A DNA stretch of 32,000 bases, from assembly GCF_000017845.1 (NCBI RefSeq), contig NC_010546.1:1020001-1052000 (forward strand). The letters run 5' to 3'. The notes beneath the pieces are model-generated. The model saw only the letters and a program-made list of their open reading frames with translations. It had not been told where the DNA came from and did no database searches. Positions 8,999 through 18,088 of the stretch are shown piece after piece (within the stretch, counting starts at the first letter, position 1; every line of letters starts with the position of its first letter). The position numbers and the translations under genes are program-made. The DNA comes from Crocosphaera subtropica ATCC 51142. Lineage in GTDB: Bacteria; Cyanobacteriota; Cyanobacteriia; Cyanobacteriales; Microcystaceae.

Positions 8999-9026
8999 AA
9001 CGGGGAACGGGGAACAGGGAACAGGG
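8999..9026. repeat. Tandem heptamer repeat (AACGGGG x2, AACAGGG x2), STRR-like
   Basis: Direct reading gives AACGGGG AACGGGG AACAGGG AACAGGG in the intergenic region upstream of the FAAL operon. A related array lies at 19879-19909. Confidence 0.7.
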
Positions 9027-9158
9027 TTTATTTTGACTGTAACTGTTTAAAAATTGATTTTCTTTCTTTTGTTCTTGAGTTTTATTGTGCTGGTGCAAGA
9101 TATCAGTTAAAAAAATAAAAAAAGAAATGAAATAGAGATATCTCCATATCTCAACCAT

Positions 9159-10346
9159 CTATCTTAAAATGTTCACGCTTCCTAGAAATTGGTCAATCTT
9201 TTGCACAGCGAGTTCCAAGATATCAGGATCATGAACTAAAGCAAATCTCACATAACCTTCCCCTTGTTTTCCAAACCCCGCCCCAGGAGACACAGCAACC
9301 CCTGTGGCTGCTACTAATTCGGTACAAAATTCAACGGATTTATTTTCCCAAGCTTGGGGTAATTTTGCCCAGACATACATGGTCGCTTGAGGGGGTGTAA
9401 CGTGCCAACCGATGTTATGTAAAGCTTTAATAAAAGCATCCCGTCTGGTTTGAAACCGTGTGACTGTTCTTTCAACCGTTGTTTGATCCCCGTTTAAAGC
9501 TGCGATCGCCCCGTTTAAAATACCTCGATATTGATTAAAATCTACTACTGCTTTGACTCGTCTTAAGGCTTGAATAATCTCTAGGTTACCGATGGCATAA
9601 CCAATACGAAAGCCACCCATATTATAGGATTTAGACAGGGTAAAAAACTCAATGGACAAAGATTTTGTGGGATCAGCCTGTAAAATTGAAGGGGGTTGAA
9701 CCATTCCCTCGAAAACAATATCAACGTAGGGAAAATCGTGAACTAATACCAACCCATGCTCTTGACAAAACGCCACTGCTTGCTCGAAGAAACCTAATGA
9801 AGCCGTTGCGGTAGTGGGGTTATGGGGATAACTCAACACCATCATTTTAGCTTGCTCTAACACTTGGGAAGGAACATCCGCAAACACGGGTAAAAAGTCA
9901 TTTTCTGCCAATAATGGCATCGGATAAATTTGACCCCCGGCCAGATACACACCCCCGGCATGGGAAGGATAACCCGGATCAAGGAGTAAGGCAAAATCCC
10001 CTGGATCGAGCAAGGCAAGGGGTAAATGTGCGGTTCCTTCTTGGGAACCAATGAGGGTTAAGACTTCGGTATGGGGATCAACCTCAACCCCAAAGCGTTT
10101 ATCGTACCATTGGGCTACCGTTTCCCGAAATTTCAAAGTTCCGTGGTGGAGGAGATAGCCGTGAGTGGAGGGATCTTCAAGGGAAGATGCGATCGCTTTG
10201 ATGGCCTCTTGATCGGCGGGTAAATCTGACGATCCCAAGGATAAATCAATAATAGTTTTGCCGTTGCTGATGGCTTGAGACTTAGCCCTATCCATATCAG
10301 CAAAGACATTTTTTTCTAAAGCTTGAAGACGGTTAGCAAAGTGCAT
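9159..10346 (-). CDS. Class I/II PLP-dependent aminotransferase (AspC/alanine-aminotransferase-like)
   Basis: 395 aa. SYPHNPTT (NP motif), TLSKSYNMGGFRIGY (PLP-lysine motif SxSK). Contains two HIP1 sites. Confidence 0.85.
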   Translation of the reverse strand: MHFANRLQALEKNVFADMDRAKSQAISNGKTIIDLSLGSSDLPADQEAIKAIASSLEDPSTHGYLLHHGTLKFRETVAQWYDKRFGVEVDPHTEVLTLIGSQEGTAHLPLALLDPGDFALLLDPGYPSHAGGVYLAGGQIYPMPLLAENDFLPVFADVPSQVLEQAKMMVLSYPHNPTTATASLGFFEQAVAFCQEHGLVLVHDFPYVDIVFEGMVQPPSILQADPTKSLSIEFFTLSKSYNMGGFRIGYAIGNLEIIQALRRVKAVVDFNQYRGILNGAIAALNGDQTTVERTVTRFQTRRDAFIKALHNIGWHVTPPQATMYVWAKLPQAWENKSVEFCTELVAATGVAVSPGAGFGKQGEGYVRFALVHDPDILELAVQKIDQFLGSVNILR

Positions 10347-10420
10347 GGTTGTGATTATTTCGCAGAAAAGGGAGATGAGAGGATCACAATAAGCGATAAA
10401 ATCCTCACCACCTCACTGTT

Positions 10421-10747
10421 TTAGTTAAGATGTTTTTTAAGCATCTCTTCTAGTTGTTGTTTTCCGATCGCCCCTTCGTGTTCGGCCAACAGTTGTTTAT
10501 CCTTAAACAGTCGTAAAGCAGGAACCCCCTCTACTTTGCATTTTGTTCGTGACTCCGGGTTAGGATCAACCTCTAATTTAACCACTTTGAGACTATCGCC
10601 GTAGCTATCAGCAATTTTATTAATGGAAGGAGACACCAAACGACACGGACCACACCAAGAAGCCCAGAAATAGACTAATACAGGAGTTTCAGCCTCAAAC
10701 ACTTCTGTATCAAATTGAGGATCTGTAATTTCGAGAACACTACTCAT
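10421..10747 (-). CDS. trxA: Thioredoxin
   Basis: 108 aa with the active site WASWCGPCR, and typical thioredoxin length and layout. Confidence 0.9.
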   Translation of the reverse strand: MSSVLEITDPQFDTEVFEAETPVLVYFWASWCGPCRLVSPSINKIADSYGDSLKVVKLEVDPNPESRTKCKVEGVPALRLFKDKQLLAEHEGAIGKQQLEEMLKKHLN

Positions 10748-10864
10748 AAGTTTAGTTATCAGTGATCAATGATTCCGTTACCAGTTAATAGCTTACAAGT
10801 TCGGCCAATTTCTTCAACTGGGTTTTCTTGACTTTTGGGGCAATAATGGAAAATACTAATGGTT

Positions 10865-11641
10865 TTAAAGATTATCCAGTTGACGGCGTAAGTCATCTAA
10901 CTCTGCATCAACCACTTCGTCTTTAGGAGAGGCTTTATCCTCTTGGGTCGATCCTTCTGGTAGGGCCCCTTGGGGTTCGGCTGATCCGGTCATTTGGGCT
11001 TTAAGCATGGCCAGTTCATCTTCGACACCGCTTCCGGCTTCGAGTTCAGCAAATTGATGTTCTAAACTCGAGCCCCCTAATTCTCCCACGGCTTGCGATC
11101 GGGCTTCCATATCTAATACTTTGTTTTCCATGCGTTCAAAGGCGGCCATGGAACCACTGGTATTGAGGCCACTCATGGTGGACTGTAGTGCTTCGTTCGC
11201 TTTAGCAGCCTTAGACCTGGCGATCAGCATATTTTTCTTAGTCTTCGCTTCAGAAATTTTGCTTTCTAGGGCTGTCAGGTTACGGCGCATGGTTTCAATT
11301 TGTCCGCTTTGTTGCTCTAGTTGTTCTTTGAGGGTTGTCGCTGTCTCGGTGTAAGATTTTTTCCGAACTAAGGCTTCTCTGGCTAAGCTTTCTTCCCCTT
11401 TAGAGAGGGCTAATTTTGCCCGTTGTTCCCAGGTATTGGCATCTTTAAGGGCTTGTTTATACTGTGCTTCGGTTCGTTTTTGGGAAGCCAGAGTTTGGCC
11501 GAAGGCTTGTTTTAATTGGATCAAGTCTTCACCCATATCCATGATGGTTTGTTCTAAGACTTTTTCTGGATCTTCTGCTTTGCTAACCAGATCGTTGAGG
11601 TTGGCTCGGACCACTCGGCCTAGGCGATCAAATAATCCCAT
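10865..11641 (-). CDS. vipp1: Vipp1 / IM30 (PspA family with C-terminal extension)
   Basis: 258 aa. PspA-type N-terminus MGLFDRLGRVVRANLNDLVSKAEDPEKVLEQ, long coiled-coil body, and a Vipp1-type C-terminal extension ending VVDAELDDLRRQLDNL. Confidence 0.85.
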   Translation of the reverse strand: MGLFDRLGRVVRANLNDLVSKAEDPEKVLEQTIMDMGEDLIQLKQAFGQTLASQKRTEAQYKQALKDANTWEQRAKLALSKGEESLAREALVRKKSYTETATTLKEQLEQQSGQIETMRRNLTALESKISEAKTKKNMLIARSKAAKANEALQSTMSGLNTSGSMAAFERMENKVLDMEARSQAVGELGGSSLEHQFAELEAGSGVEDELAMLKAQMTGSAEPQGALPEGSTQEDKASPKDEVVDAELDDLRRQLDNL

Positions 11642-11798
11642 AATACTGTTTATCCTCTTGGTGTGTACAAGGTTGAGTTTAAGCTGTCAAGTTAAAATAA
11701 CGTTGTTATGCTCTTTAAGTGAGACATTCTTGTATTCTAGTTTATCAAAGAGAAGACAGCAGTTAGGAGTTAAGCGTTCGGAGTTATCAATTTTTTCC

Positions 11799-13022
11799 CT
11801 AAACTAATTTGATAAACTTCTTTTTACCCACTTGTAAAACTTTACCTGAGAGTTGTTCTAAGTCCTCAAAAGTGATATTAACATCAGTGATTTTTTCTCC
11901 ATCTAAACGCACTGCACCCCCTTGTATTTGTCGTCTCCCTTCTCCACTACTTCCACACAGTCCACTGGCATTTAAAATATAGAATAATTTGGCTGGAAAT
12001 TCGACATTGGATAAGTCGTATTCGGGAACAGCATCTGTTACCCCCGTCCCTTTATTTTTTACTAAATCTTCTGCGGTTTTTTGTGCGCTTAAGGCTGCTT
12101 CCTTTCCGTGAAATTGAGTAACAATTTCAATGGCTAATAACTTTTGACAGTCCCTAGGATTTTGGGGTAATTGATCTAGGGGTAAGTTAGTTAAGAGTTC
12201 AAAATAGTCTTTAATAATGGCATCGGGGGTTTTTTCTAGTTTAGAATACATGGACAACTCATCTTCTTTTAACCCTACATAGTTATTGAGAGATTTTGAC
12301 ATTTTTTGACTACCATCTGTACCGAGTAAAATGGGTAATAATAATCCGAATTGAGGCTTTTTACCAAAATGTCTTTGTAAGTCTCTTCCTACAGCAATAT
12401 TAAACTTTTGATCCGTTCCCCCTAATTCCACATCTGCATCGATCATCACCGAATCATAGCCCTGCATTAAAGGGTAGAGAAATTCATGAAGAAAAATAGG
12501 ATTTTCTTGTTTATAACGTTCAGCAAATCCTTCTTTAGCTAACATTTGTCCGACGGTCATTGTGGCTAACAGTTCTTGAATTTTGGCCAAATTCAACTCT
12601 TTTAACCATTCCGAATTATAGCGAATTTCTAATCTGCCTGGGGTGTCAAAATCGAGGATAGGACGAAGTTGTTCTAAATAATTTTCTGCGTTATTTTTGA
12701 CTTCTTGAGGGGTTAATTGTTTACGGACTTCTGATTTACCCGTGGGATCACCAATTTGTGCGGTAAAATCTCCAATAATTACCACTGCAGTATGACCTGC
12801 ATCTTGAAACCCCCGTAACTTCCGAAAGGGGATACTATGCCCCAGATGTATATCGGTTCCAGTGGGATCAATTCCTAATTTAACTCTCAAAGGACGATGA
12901 CATTGTTCGATTAATTTTTCTAAGTTTTCTTCGGGGTTCTTAGAGTCAGGTTGACTGGGAAAAATTTCACTGGTTCCTCGATATAACCAATTCAAAGAGT
13001 CAGGGGTAATTACTGAGGACAT
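11799..13022 (-). CDS. tyrS: Tyrosine--tRNA ligase
   Basis: 407 aa. HIGH-type motif DIHLGH, KMSKS motif present verbatim, and a C-terminal S4-like RNA-binding tail ([13 protein letters not shown]). Confidence 0.92.
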   Translation of the reverse strand: MSSVITPDSLNWLYRGTSEIFPSQPDSKNPEENLEKLIEQCHRPLRVKLGIDPTGTDIHLGHSIPFRKLRGFQDAGHTAVVIIGDFTAQIGDPTGKSEVRKQLTPQEVKNNAENYLEQLRPILDFDTPGRLEIRYNSEWLKELNLAKIQELLATMTVGQMLAKEGFAERYKQENPIFLHEFLYPLMQGYDSVMIDADVELGGTDQKFNIAVGRDLQRHFGKKPQFGLLLPILLGTDGSQKMSKSLNNYVGLKEDELSMYSKLEKTPDAIIKDYFELLTNLPLDQLPQNPRDCQKLLAIEIVTQFHGKEAALSAQKTAEDLVKNKGTGVTDAVPEYDLSNVEFPAKLFYILNASGLCGSSGEGRRQIQGGAVRLDGEKITDVNITFEDLEQLSGKVLQVGKKKFIKLV

Positions 13023-13245
13023 GAGAGGCCAATAATAATTGATTGCTTAATAATACATCCTTAATTTTAACAGAGTTTAACCCCCTATTCATCACAGTTT
13101 ATTTCATTTGCTAGATAAAAGTTATCAGAGTATTCTGTAAACTCCCTGAATCAACAACAAAAAAAATTCTATATTTTCTCCCATATCTTTTGATTTCTGT
13201 TAAGATTAAGATATAAATAGATACTTTTTATTTATTAAGAAGGTT

Positions 13246-13440
13246 ATGACGACAGAAAGAGAATATCAAGAAGGGCAAAGACGAGTTAGAAAAGTTAGAA
13301 AACAACATAGGCAAACTAATAATCAATTTCTCTGGATTTTTATGGGGATTATTGTTTTTATTGGTTTAATTACGGTTCAGTTTTCTCAAAATCGTTCCCC
13401 ACAAACCATTCCTTCTAACTCAAATCAAGTGAGTCAATAA
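13246..13440 (+). CDS. Hypothetical small single-TM protein
   Basis: 64-aa ORF. AAGAAGG lies 4 nt upstream of the ATG. Basic N-terminus followed by a TM helix (FLWIFMGIIVFIGLITV). No homology recognised. Confidence 0.35.
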   Translation: MTTEREYQEGQRRVRKVRKQHRQTNNQFLWIFMGIIVFIGLITVQFSQNRSPQTIPSNSNQVSQ

Positions 13441-13505
13441 AATAGAGAAAGATAAATATATTCTATTACTCTTTTTACTTAAAAGAAGAGGAGTCAACCC
13501 CAATT

Positions 13506-13525
13506 GAATAATGATTGATTATTTC
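13506..13525. promoter_or_regulatory. Candidate Fur-box-like AT-rich inverted repeat
   Basis: GAATAATGATTGATTATTTC contains AATAAT-N5-ATTATT dyad symmetry and resembles the GATAATGATAATCATTATC consensus (about 11 of 19 in the best ungapped register). It lies about 190 nt upstream of the ferritin-like/FTR1 genes. Confidence 0.25.
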
Positions 13526-13712
13526 TGATTACTTATTCATTAATAAATCGTGACATGAGATAGAAAACTTAAGCTTTATTTTACAAAAGAAGAAGGATAG
13601 ATCAGATAATCTAGAGGTAGAGTCTTTGGACAAATAACTTATATTGTCCTCAAAAAACAGACTCAAAAATGTTGTCCTTGCAAGATAAATTCTTCTCCTC
13701 AGCAGGTAAAAT

Positions 13713-14147
13713 ATGAGAGAACTTGACCGAGAAAAAACCAATGACATTCTCAACACCATTATGGAATATGAATTAGCGGGTGTTGTTCGCTATACTCATT
13801 ATTCTTTAATGGTTACAGGCCCTCATCGTCTTCCTATTGTACAATTTTTTCAACAACAGGCTACAGAATCTTTGCTTCATGCTCAACAAGTGGGAGAAAT
13901 CCTAACAGGATTAGAAGGCCATCCTAGCTTAAAAATTGCCCCGATGGAAGAGACGAACGAGCATAGTTTACACGCCATTCTTTTAGAGAGTCTCAATCAC
14001 GAAAAAAAAGCCTTAGATTTATATAAGGATCTCCTAGAAGTGGTGGAAAATGCTAGTATTTATATCGAAGAATTTGCACGGGGAATGATTGGACAAGAAG
14101 AAGTTCATAACATAGAATTGAAAAAAATGTTACGGGATTACGTTTAA
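13713..14147 (+). CDS. Bacterioferritin-like (ferritin-like di-iron four-helix bundle) protein
   Basis: 144 aa. Bfr-like blocks EYELAGVVRYTHYSLMV, ATESLLHAQQVGEILTGLEGHP and GQEEVHNIELK (ExxH). Sits next to an iron permease. Confidence 0.6.
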   Translation: MRELDREKTNDILNTIMEYELAGVVRYTHYSLMVTGPHRLPIVQFFQQQATESLLHAQQVGEILTGLEGHPSLKIAPMEETNEHSLHAILLESLNHEKKALDLYKDLLEVVENASIYIEEFARGMIGQEEVHNIELKKMLRDYV

Positions 14148-14255
14148 TCAAACCGAAGCAACTTAAAGAGTAACCTAGACAAGATGTCTGGGTTACTTTA
14201 GAAAATAAACAAAAAATTCTATAATGAATAGGTAATCAATAAGCTCGTGTAAATC

Positions 14256-15182
14256 ATGGATTTCAGTGCTGCATTACCGACATTTGTTGTGACTTTACGA
14301 GAAGGATTTGAAGCATCCCTAGTAGTAGGGATTGTCTTAGCTTGTTTAAAAAAAGTTGAACAAACGCAACTCAATCGTTGGGTATATCAAGGAATTGGAG
14401 GAGGAATTGTCGCCAGTGTTTTGGTGGGATTTTTATTAGGAGGAATCCTCCAAGGCGTAAATACTTATCAAAGTCCTTATACCCCGATTATCAAAGAATG
14501 TTTAGCCACATTATTTGGAATCATAGCTGTGGCAATGTTAAGTTGGATGCTCATTTGGATGACCCAACAAGGAAAGCAGTTAAAAGGAGAAGTGGAACAA
14601 GGAATTGAAGCAGCCTTAACTGGAGAAAATGGCGCAGAAAAAGGAATTTTCTTATTAGTCTTTATTGCAGTTTTGCGAGAAGGCTTTGAAACTGTTTTGT
14701 TTATCATTGCTAAATTTGAAAACAGTTGGAAAATTCCCAGTATCGGAGCAACTTTAGGATTACTCACCGCAGTTATTTTAGGATTTCTTCTCTTTAAATT
14801 AGGGGTTAAAATTAATATTCGTCTCTTTTTCAAAGTGATGGGCGTTTTCTTATTATTAGTAGTAGGAGGATTAGTATTAGGAGTCCTTAAACATCTTAAT
14901 TTAGTAGTGATGTTTTTGGCCCAACTAGAACCCAGTTTTTCTCAATGGTGTTGGGTTCCTGGGGACTCATGTATTTTAGGTCCTTTGGTTTGGGATGGAT
15001 CAGAGATTTTACCCGATAAAACCTTTCCAGGAATTATTCTAAAATCTCTGTTTGGTTATCGACAAACCTTATATTTAGGACAAATCGTAGTTTATCTATT
15101 GTTTTTGTTGATTGTAGGAAGTTTCTATTTCAAAAGTTTATCCAGTTCCACTCCTTCTAAATCAGCAGAAAATGTCAGCTAA
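14256..15182 (+). CDS. FTR1-family high-affinity iron permease (EfeU-like)
   Basis: 308-aa polytopic protein with two REGFE (RExxE) iron-binding motifs: TLREGFEASLV and VLREGFETVLF. Confidence 0.85.
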   Translation: MDFSAALPTFVVTLREGFEASLVVGIVLACLKKVEQTQLNRWVYQGIGGGIVASVLVGFLLGGILQGVNTYQSPYTPIIKECLATLFGIIAVAMLSWMLIWMTQQGKQLKGEVEQGIEAALTGENGAEKGIFLLVFIAVLREGFETVLFIIAKFENSWKIPSIGATLGLLTAVILGFLLFKLGVKINIRLFFKVMGVFLLLVVGGLVLGVLKHLNLVVMFLAQLEPSFSQWCWVPGDSCILGPLVWDGSEILPDKTFPGIILKSLFGYRQTLYLGQIVVYLLFLLIVGSFYFKSLSSSTPSKSAENVS

Positions 15183-15305
15183 TAAAAGACAATCTCTAAA
15201 AAAATTGCTAAGCTAACTTTATGACGAAAAATGAGTCAAAAGCATCCGCTTTCTCAAGGAATCGTTCATCAATTTAACGCTGGTGATTAGGAGAGTAACC
15301 TACCC

Positions 15306-16895
15306 ATGAGTTCATGGACTTGTGATGGAGTCCCCAAAGACGGTAAACAGTATCCTGGGGTATCTCCCCACACCCCCCAAACAAACACTGGCCCCGACTG
15401 TATTATTTGTGGCTTACCCAAAGAAGCCATGGAACCCAGTCAAGGAGAAAAGCAAAAGCCAGGTAAAACCGTTATGGCAGGAAGTTCTGGCAGTGGTAGC
15501 CCCTCATGGCTTATTCCTGGGATTATTGCCGTTATTATCATTATTTTGGGCGGTGGGTTGGCTGCTTTCTTCTTGCTTAAAGAGAACGATCAAAGTATCA
15601 ATACTCCGACTCCTTCTCCCTTACCCACAGAAACTACTCCTACTCCTACCACTGGAGAGTCTGTTAGCCGAGGAGACAAACTTTTTTTACAATCAACCCC
15701 CAATAAACAAGCAGGGGCCGACGCATTTGCCCAGGAAAACTGGCCGGGGGCTGTAACCGCCTACGCAACAGCAGTCCAAGGCGATGCCAATGATCCCGAA
15801 AGTCGTATTTATTGGCAAAACGCCCAAGCCAAGCAAGCAGGAAACCCCCTAACCATCGCCGTTGCTGTTCCTACCACCAGTAGTCCCGACTCAGCGGCCG
15901 AAATTTTGCGAGGGGTAGCTAAATATCAAACCGAATATAATCAGTCTTCGGCTTCAGGGCGACTGTTAGAAGTAGCGATTATCGATAGTAGTGACCCCAC
16001 CACTGCCCCCAATGTTGCCCAAGAAATCATCAATACTCCCGATATTTTAGGCATTGTCGGGTACGGCATCGATCCAGGGAGTCAAGCAGCCCTGCAACAG
16101 TACGAAAATGCAGGGGTTGCGGTTTTATCGCCCCTTACCAGTAGCTTTCAAGACTCAACGCTGAAAACCATTCCTATCAATGAAAAAGAAGACGAATTAT
16201 TAGTTAATTATTTGCAAGCAGTAGGGAAAACCTTAACCCAGTATGCAGCGCAACAGCAACCGTCTCCCAACATTGCTATTTTTTATAATTCTGATAGTGG
16301 TTATAGTCAACAATTACAACAAGAAATTATTAATAGTTTGCCCGAAGTTCAAGGCAATTTAATCGAACAAATTGATATTAGTTCCCCTGATTTTGATGCC
16401 AATAGTGCCGTTACTAACTTACAAAATAGTGGCGCAAATGTAGGGATTTTAGCCTTGAGTCAAAATAAAGTGTCACAAGCCGTAGAAATAGCTAAAGCGA
16501 ATGAAAATAATGGTTCTCCTTTACTATTAATGGGAGGGGATGAACTGTATAACGCCGATATTTTAGTTCAAGGGGGAGATGCGATCGCAGGAATTATATT
16601 AGCGGTTCCCTGGAGTTTTAGCCCCACGGATGACTTTGCTCAAGATGCCCTGCAAAGTTGGAAAGGACGAGTTAGTTGGCGTACGGCTACCGCTTATGAT
16701 GCGACTAAAGCTTTAGTCGAAACTGTGAGCAAAAATCCCGATCGCACGATGATATTTCAGGCATTAAGCAACGGTATTACCCTCTCTGATAGTACCACCG
16801 ATTTTAATTTATTTAATGAAGTCCCTTTAGTGAAAGCTGTTCAAGGAAATGAGGGTCCAAAAGGGTCAAATTATCAATTCGATCCTTTGAAATAA
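15306..16895 (+). CDS. Membrane-anchored periplasmic-binding-protein type 1 (LivK/ANF-receptor-like) protein with a Cys-containing N-terminal cytoplasmic segment
   Basis: 529 aa. AGGAG lies about 10 nt upstream of the ATG. N-terminal segment WTCDG...CIICGLP, then a TM helix (WLIPGIIAVIIIILGGGLAAFFLL), a Pro/Thr linker, and a roughly 350-aa alpha/beta domain with PBP1-like blocks (LTIAVAVPTTS, GIVGYG, VAVLSP, LLLMGGDEL). The family call is moderate. Confidence 0.55.
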   Translation: MSSWTCDGVPKDGKQYPGVSPHTPQTNTGPDCIICGLPKEAMEPSQGEKQKPGKTVMAGSSGSGSPSWLIPGIIAVIIIILGGGLAAFFLLKENDQSINTPTPSPLPTETTPTPTTGESVSRGDKLFLQSTPNKQAGADAFAQENWPGAVTAYATAVQGDANDPESRIYWQNAQAKQAGNPLTIAVAVPTTSSPDSAAEILRGVAKYQTEYNQSSASGRLLEVAIIDSSDPTTAPNVAQEIINTPDILGIVGYGIDPGSQAALQQYENAGVAVLSPLTSSFQDSTLKTIPINEKEDELLVNYLQAVGKTLTQYAAQQQPSPNIAIFYNSDSGYSQQLQQEIINSLPEVQGNLIEQIDISSPDFDANSAVTNLQNSGANVGILALSQNKVSQAVEIAKANENNGSPLLLMGGDELYNADILVQGGDAIAGIILAVPWSFSPTDDFAQDALQSWKGRVSWRTATAYDATKALVETVSKNPDRTMIFQALSNGITLSDSTTDFNLFNEVPLVKAVQGNEGPKGSNYQFDPLK

Positions 16896-16920
16896 TTAAT
16901 TGTGAAAAGGAGACAAGATC

Positions 16921-17844
16921 GTGTTAAAGTATCGCCGTAAAGTCATTGAATATCCCTTATTTTATACCCCCTTAATACTGGTCGGATTGTTTTTAGCTTT
17001 TGCTTTATTATTCGGACTATTAAATATCGGAAAACCCCCTGTTGCGGTAGTCATTGCCCTCGATGTCAGTAGCAGCACTTATCAGGGTCAAAGCTTTAAT
17101 GCGCCTAATACTATCATGGATCAAGAAGTACAAGCGGTTAATGCGTATTTAGAAGCCAATGCTAAATTAAGCAATCCTAATAAAGTGCAAATCTTGGGTA
17201 TCGGAGGAGGAAAAGCCCCCAAATTAACTGCTAGTATGGACTCATCTCAAGATGTGATTCTTGATCAATTAAATCGTCAATTGAATGATCCGAATTTACC
17301 CTATCAATTACGTCCTGAACCCCAACAAGATGATTTAGATATAGTGATTAATAATGCCACAGAAATTTTAGAAGAACAAGAAAATCACTGCAAAGAATTA
17401 TTAATGGTAACAGATGCAGGCGTTACTATTACTCAGTCAGCCGTGACTCAAGCAACAGGGAAAAATATTAAGCTCAATTCTTTAGTGTTTGGCACAGAAA
17501 GTGTTCCTAATTTAAGATCAGCAAGTCGTCAAACCGATGGTATTTATATTGATAATATAACTTTATCTAATACAGGAGGTAATTATTTAGAAGAAGTCTT
17601 TTTAAATGACTTTTTTAGACAGTTTAATAGTAACTGGAAATGGATCAGGTTTTGGTTAGGTTGTGCTTTAATTGCTTTTCTTTGGTTATTGGTTTTACCA
17701 TTAGATAGATGGGTGTTTCAAGGAGTATTCAATATGTCGATGGAACCATCAGGAAAAATAGCATTAGGTATTGCTTTTATCGGTACAATGATAACAGTTG
17801 CTTTAATGATAGCTGGAGGTTTGCCGTTAATTTCACCTTGTTAA
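16921..17844 (+). CDS. von Willebrand factor A (vWA) domain membrane protein
   Basis: 307 aa. GTG start with AAGGAG 8 nt upstream. N-terminal TM helix, MIDAS motif VVIALDVSSST (DxSxS), and C-terminal TM helices (WLGCALIAFLWLLVL, IALGIAFIGTMITVALMIAGG). Confidence 0.6.
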   Translation: MLKYRRKVIEYPLFYTPLILVGLFLAFALLFGLLNIGKPPVAVVIALDVSSSTYQGQSFNAPNTIMDQEVQAVNAYLEANAKLSNPNKVQILGIGGGKAPKLTASMDSSQDVILDQLNRQLNDPNLPYQLRPEPQQDDLDIVINNATEILEEQENHCKELLMVTDAGVTITQSAVTQATGKNIKLNSLVFGTESVPNLRSASRQTDGIYIDNITLSNTGGNYLEEVFLNDFFRQFNSNWKWIRFWLGCALIAFLWLLVLPLDRWVFQGVFNMSMEPSGKIALGIAFIGTMITVALMIAGGLPLISPC

Positions 17845-17860
17845 TAAGAGAATCAGCATC

Positions 17861-18088
17861 ATGTCATTAAAAAAGTTATTAATAGAAAAAAGACAAGAAA
17901 TAGTATCTATAGCTGCAAAACATGGGGCATTTAATGTTAGGATTTTTGGTTCAGTGGCCAGATGAGAAGAAAGTGAAGACAGCGATATTGATTTTTTAAT
18001 TGATTATGATTTATCTAAAATTTCTCCTTGGTTTCCAGTTAACGTGAGTTCGGTGTTAGGAGTTCGGAGTGCGACTACGTCGTGCTAG
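17861..18088 (+). pseudogene. Nucleotidyltransferase (MNT/MntA-type antitoxin-like) pseudogene
   Basis: MSLKKLLIEKRQEIVSIAAKHGAFNVRIFGSVAR-stop-EESEDSDIDFLIDYDLSKISPWFP. An in-frame TGA at 17963-17965 interrupts the GS...D[IV]D NTase core. Recognisable similarity ends near 18037 and the expected C-terminal half is absent. Confidence 0.6.

Noticed and set aside
8999-9026. Heptamer arrays (also at 19879-19909 and 31865-31899) considered as CRISPR-like repeats
   Set aside because: The units are 7 nt and directly tandem with no spacers, and no cas genes are present, so these are not CRISPR.
8934-9158. 74-aa ORF in the intergenic region upstream of the FAAL operon
   Set aside because: Its reading frame runs through the heptamer repeat array (8999-9026). 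The translation is low-complexity, there is no SD, and it abuts the aminotransferase stop. More likely non-coding promoter or repeat DNA.
9857-10051. 64-aa ORF on the same strand as the aminotransferase gene but in another frame
   Set aside because: It is nested out of frame in a strongly supported CDS.
11121-11807. Two ORFs (77 and 123 aa) antisense to vipp1 and the vipp1-tyrS spacer
   Set aside because: These are Ser/Arg/Leu-rich shadow translations of a coiled-coil gene, with no independent signals.
13529-13759. 76-aa minus-strand ORF overlapping the start of the ferritin-like gene
   Set aside because: It has a low-complexity Leu/Ser/Phe-rich translation in an AT-rich promoter region and overlaps the better-supported plus-strand start.
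14211-14240. AAAAAATTCTATA, shared with 13161-13173, and a second Fur-box-like stretch TATAATGAATAGGTAATCA directly upstream of FTR1
   Set aside because: A 13-nt A/T-rich match is expected by chance in AT-rich spacers. The Fur consensus match is only about 9 of 19, and the TATAAT is more simply a -10 box.
14378-15756. Alternative-frame and antisense ORFs inside the FTR1 and PBP genes (14378-14608, 14477-14833, 15322-15756)
   Set aside because: All are nested in CDSs that carry diagnostic motifs (REGFE x2; TM plus PBP1 domain), and none has a motif of its own.
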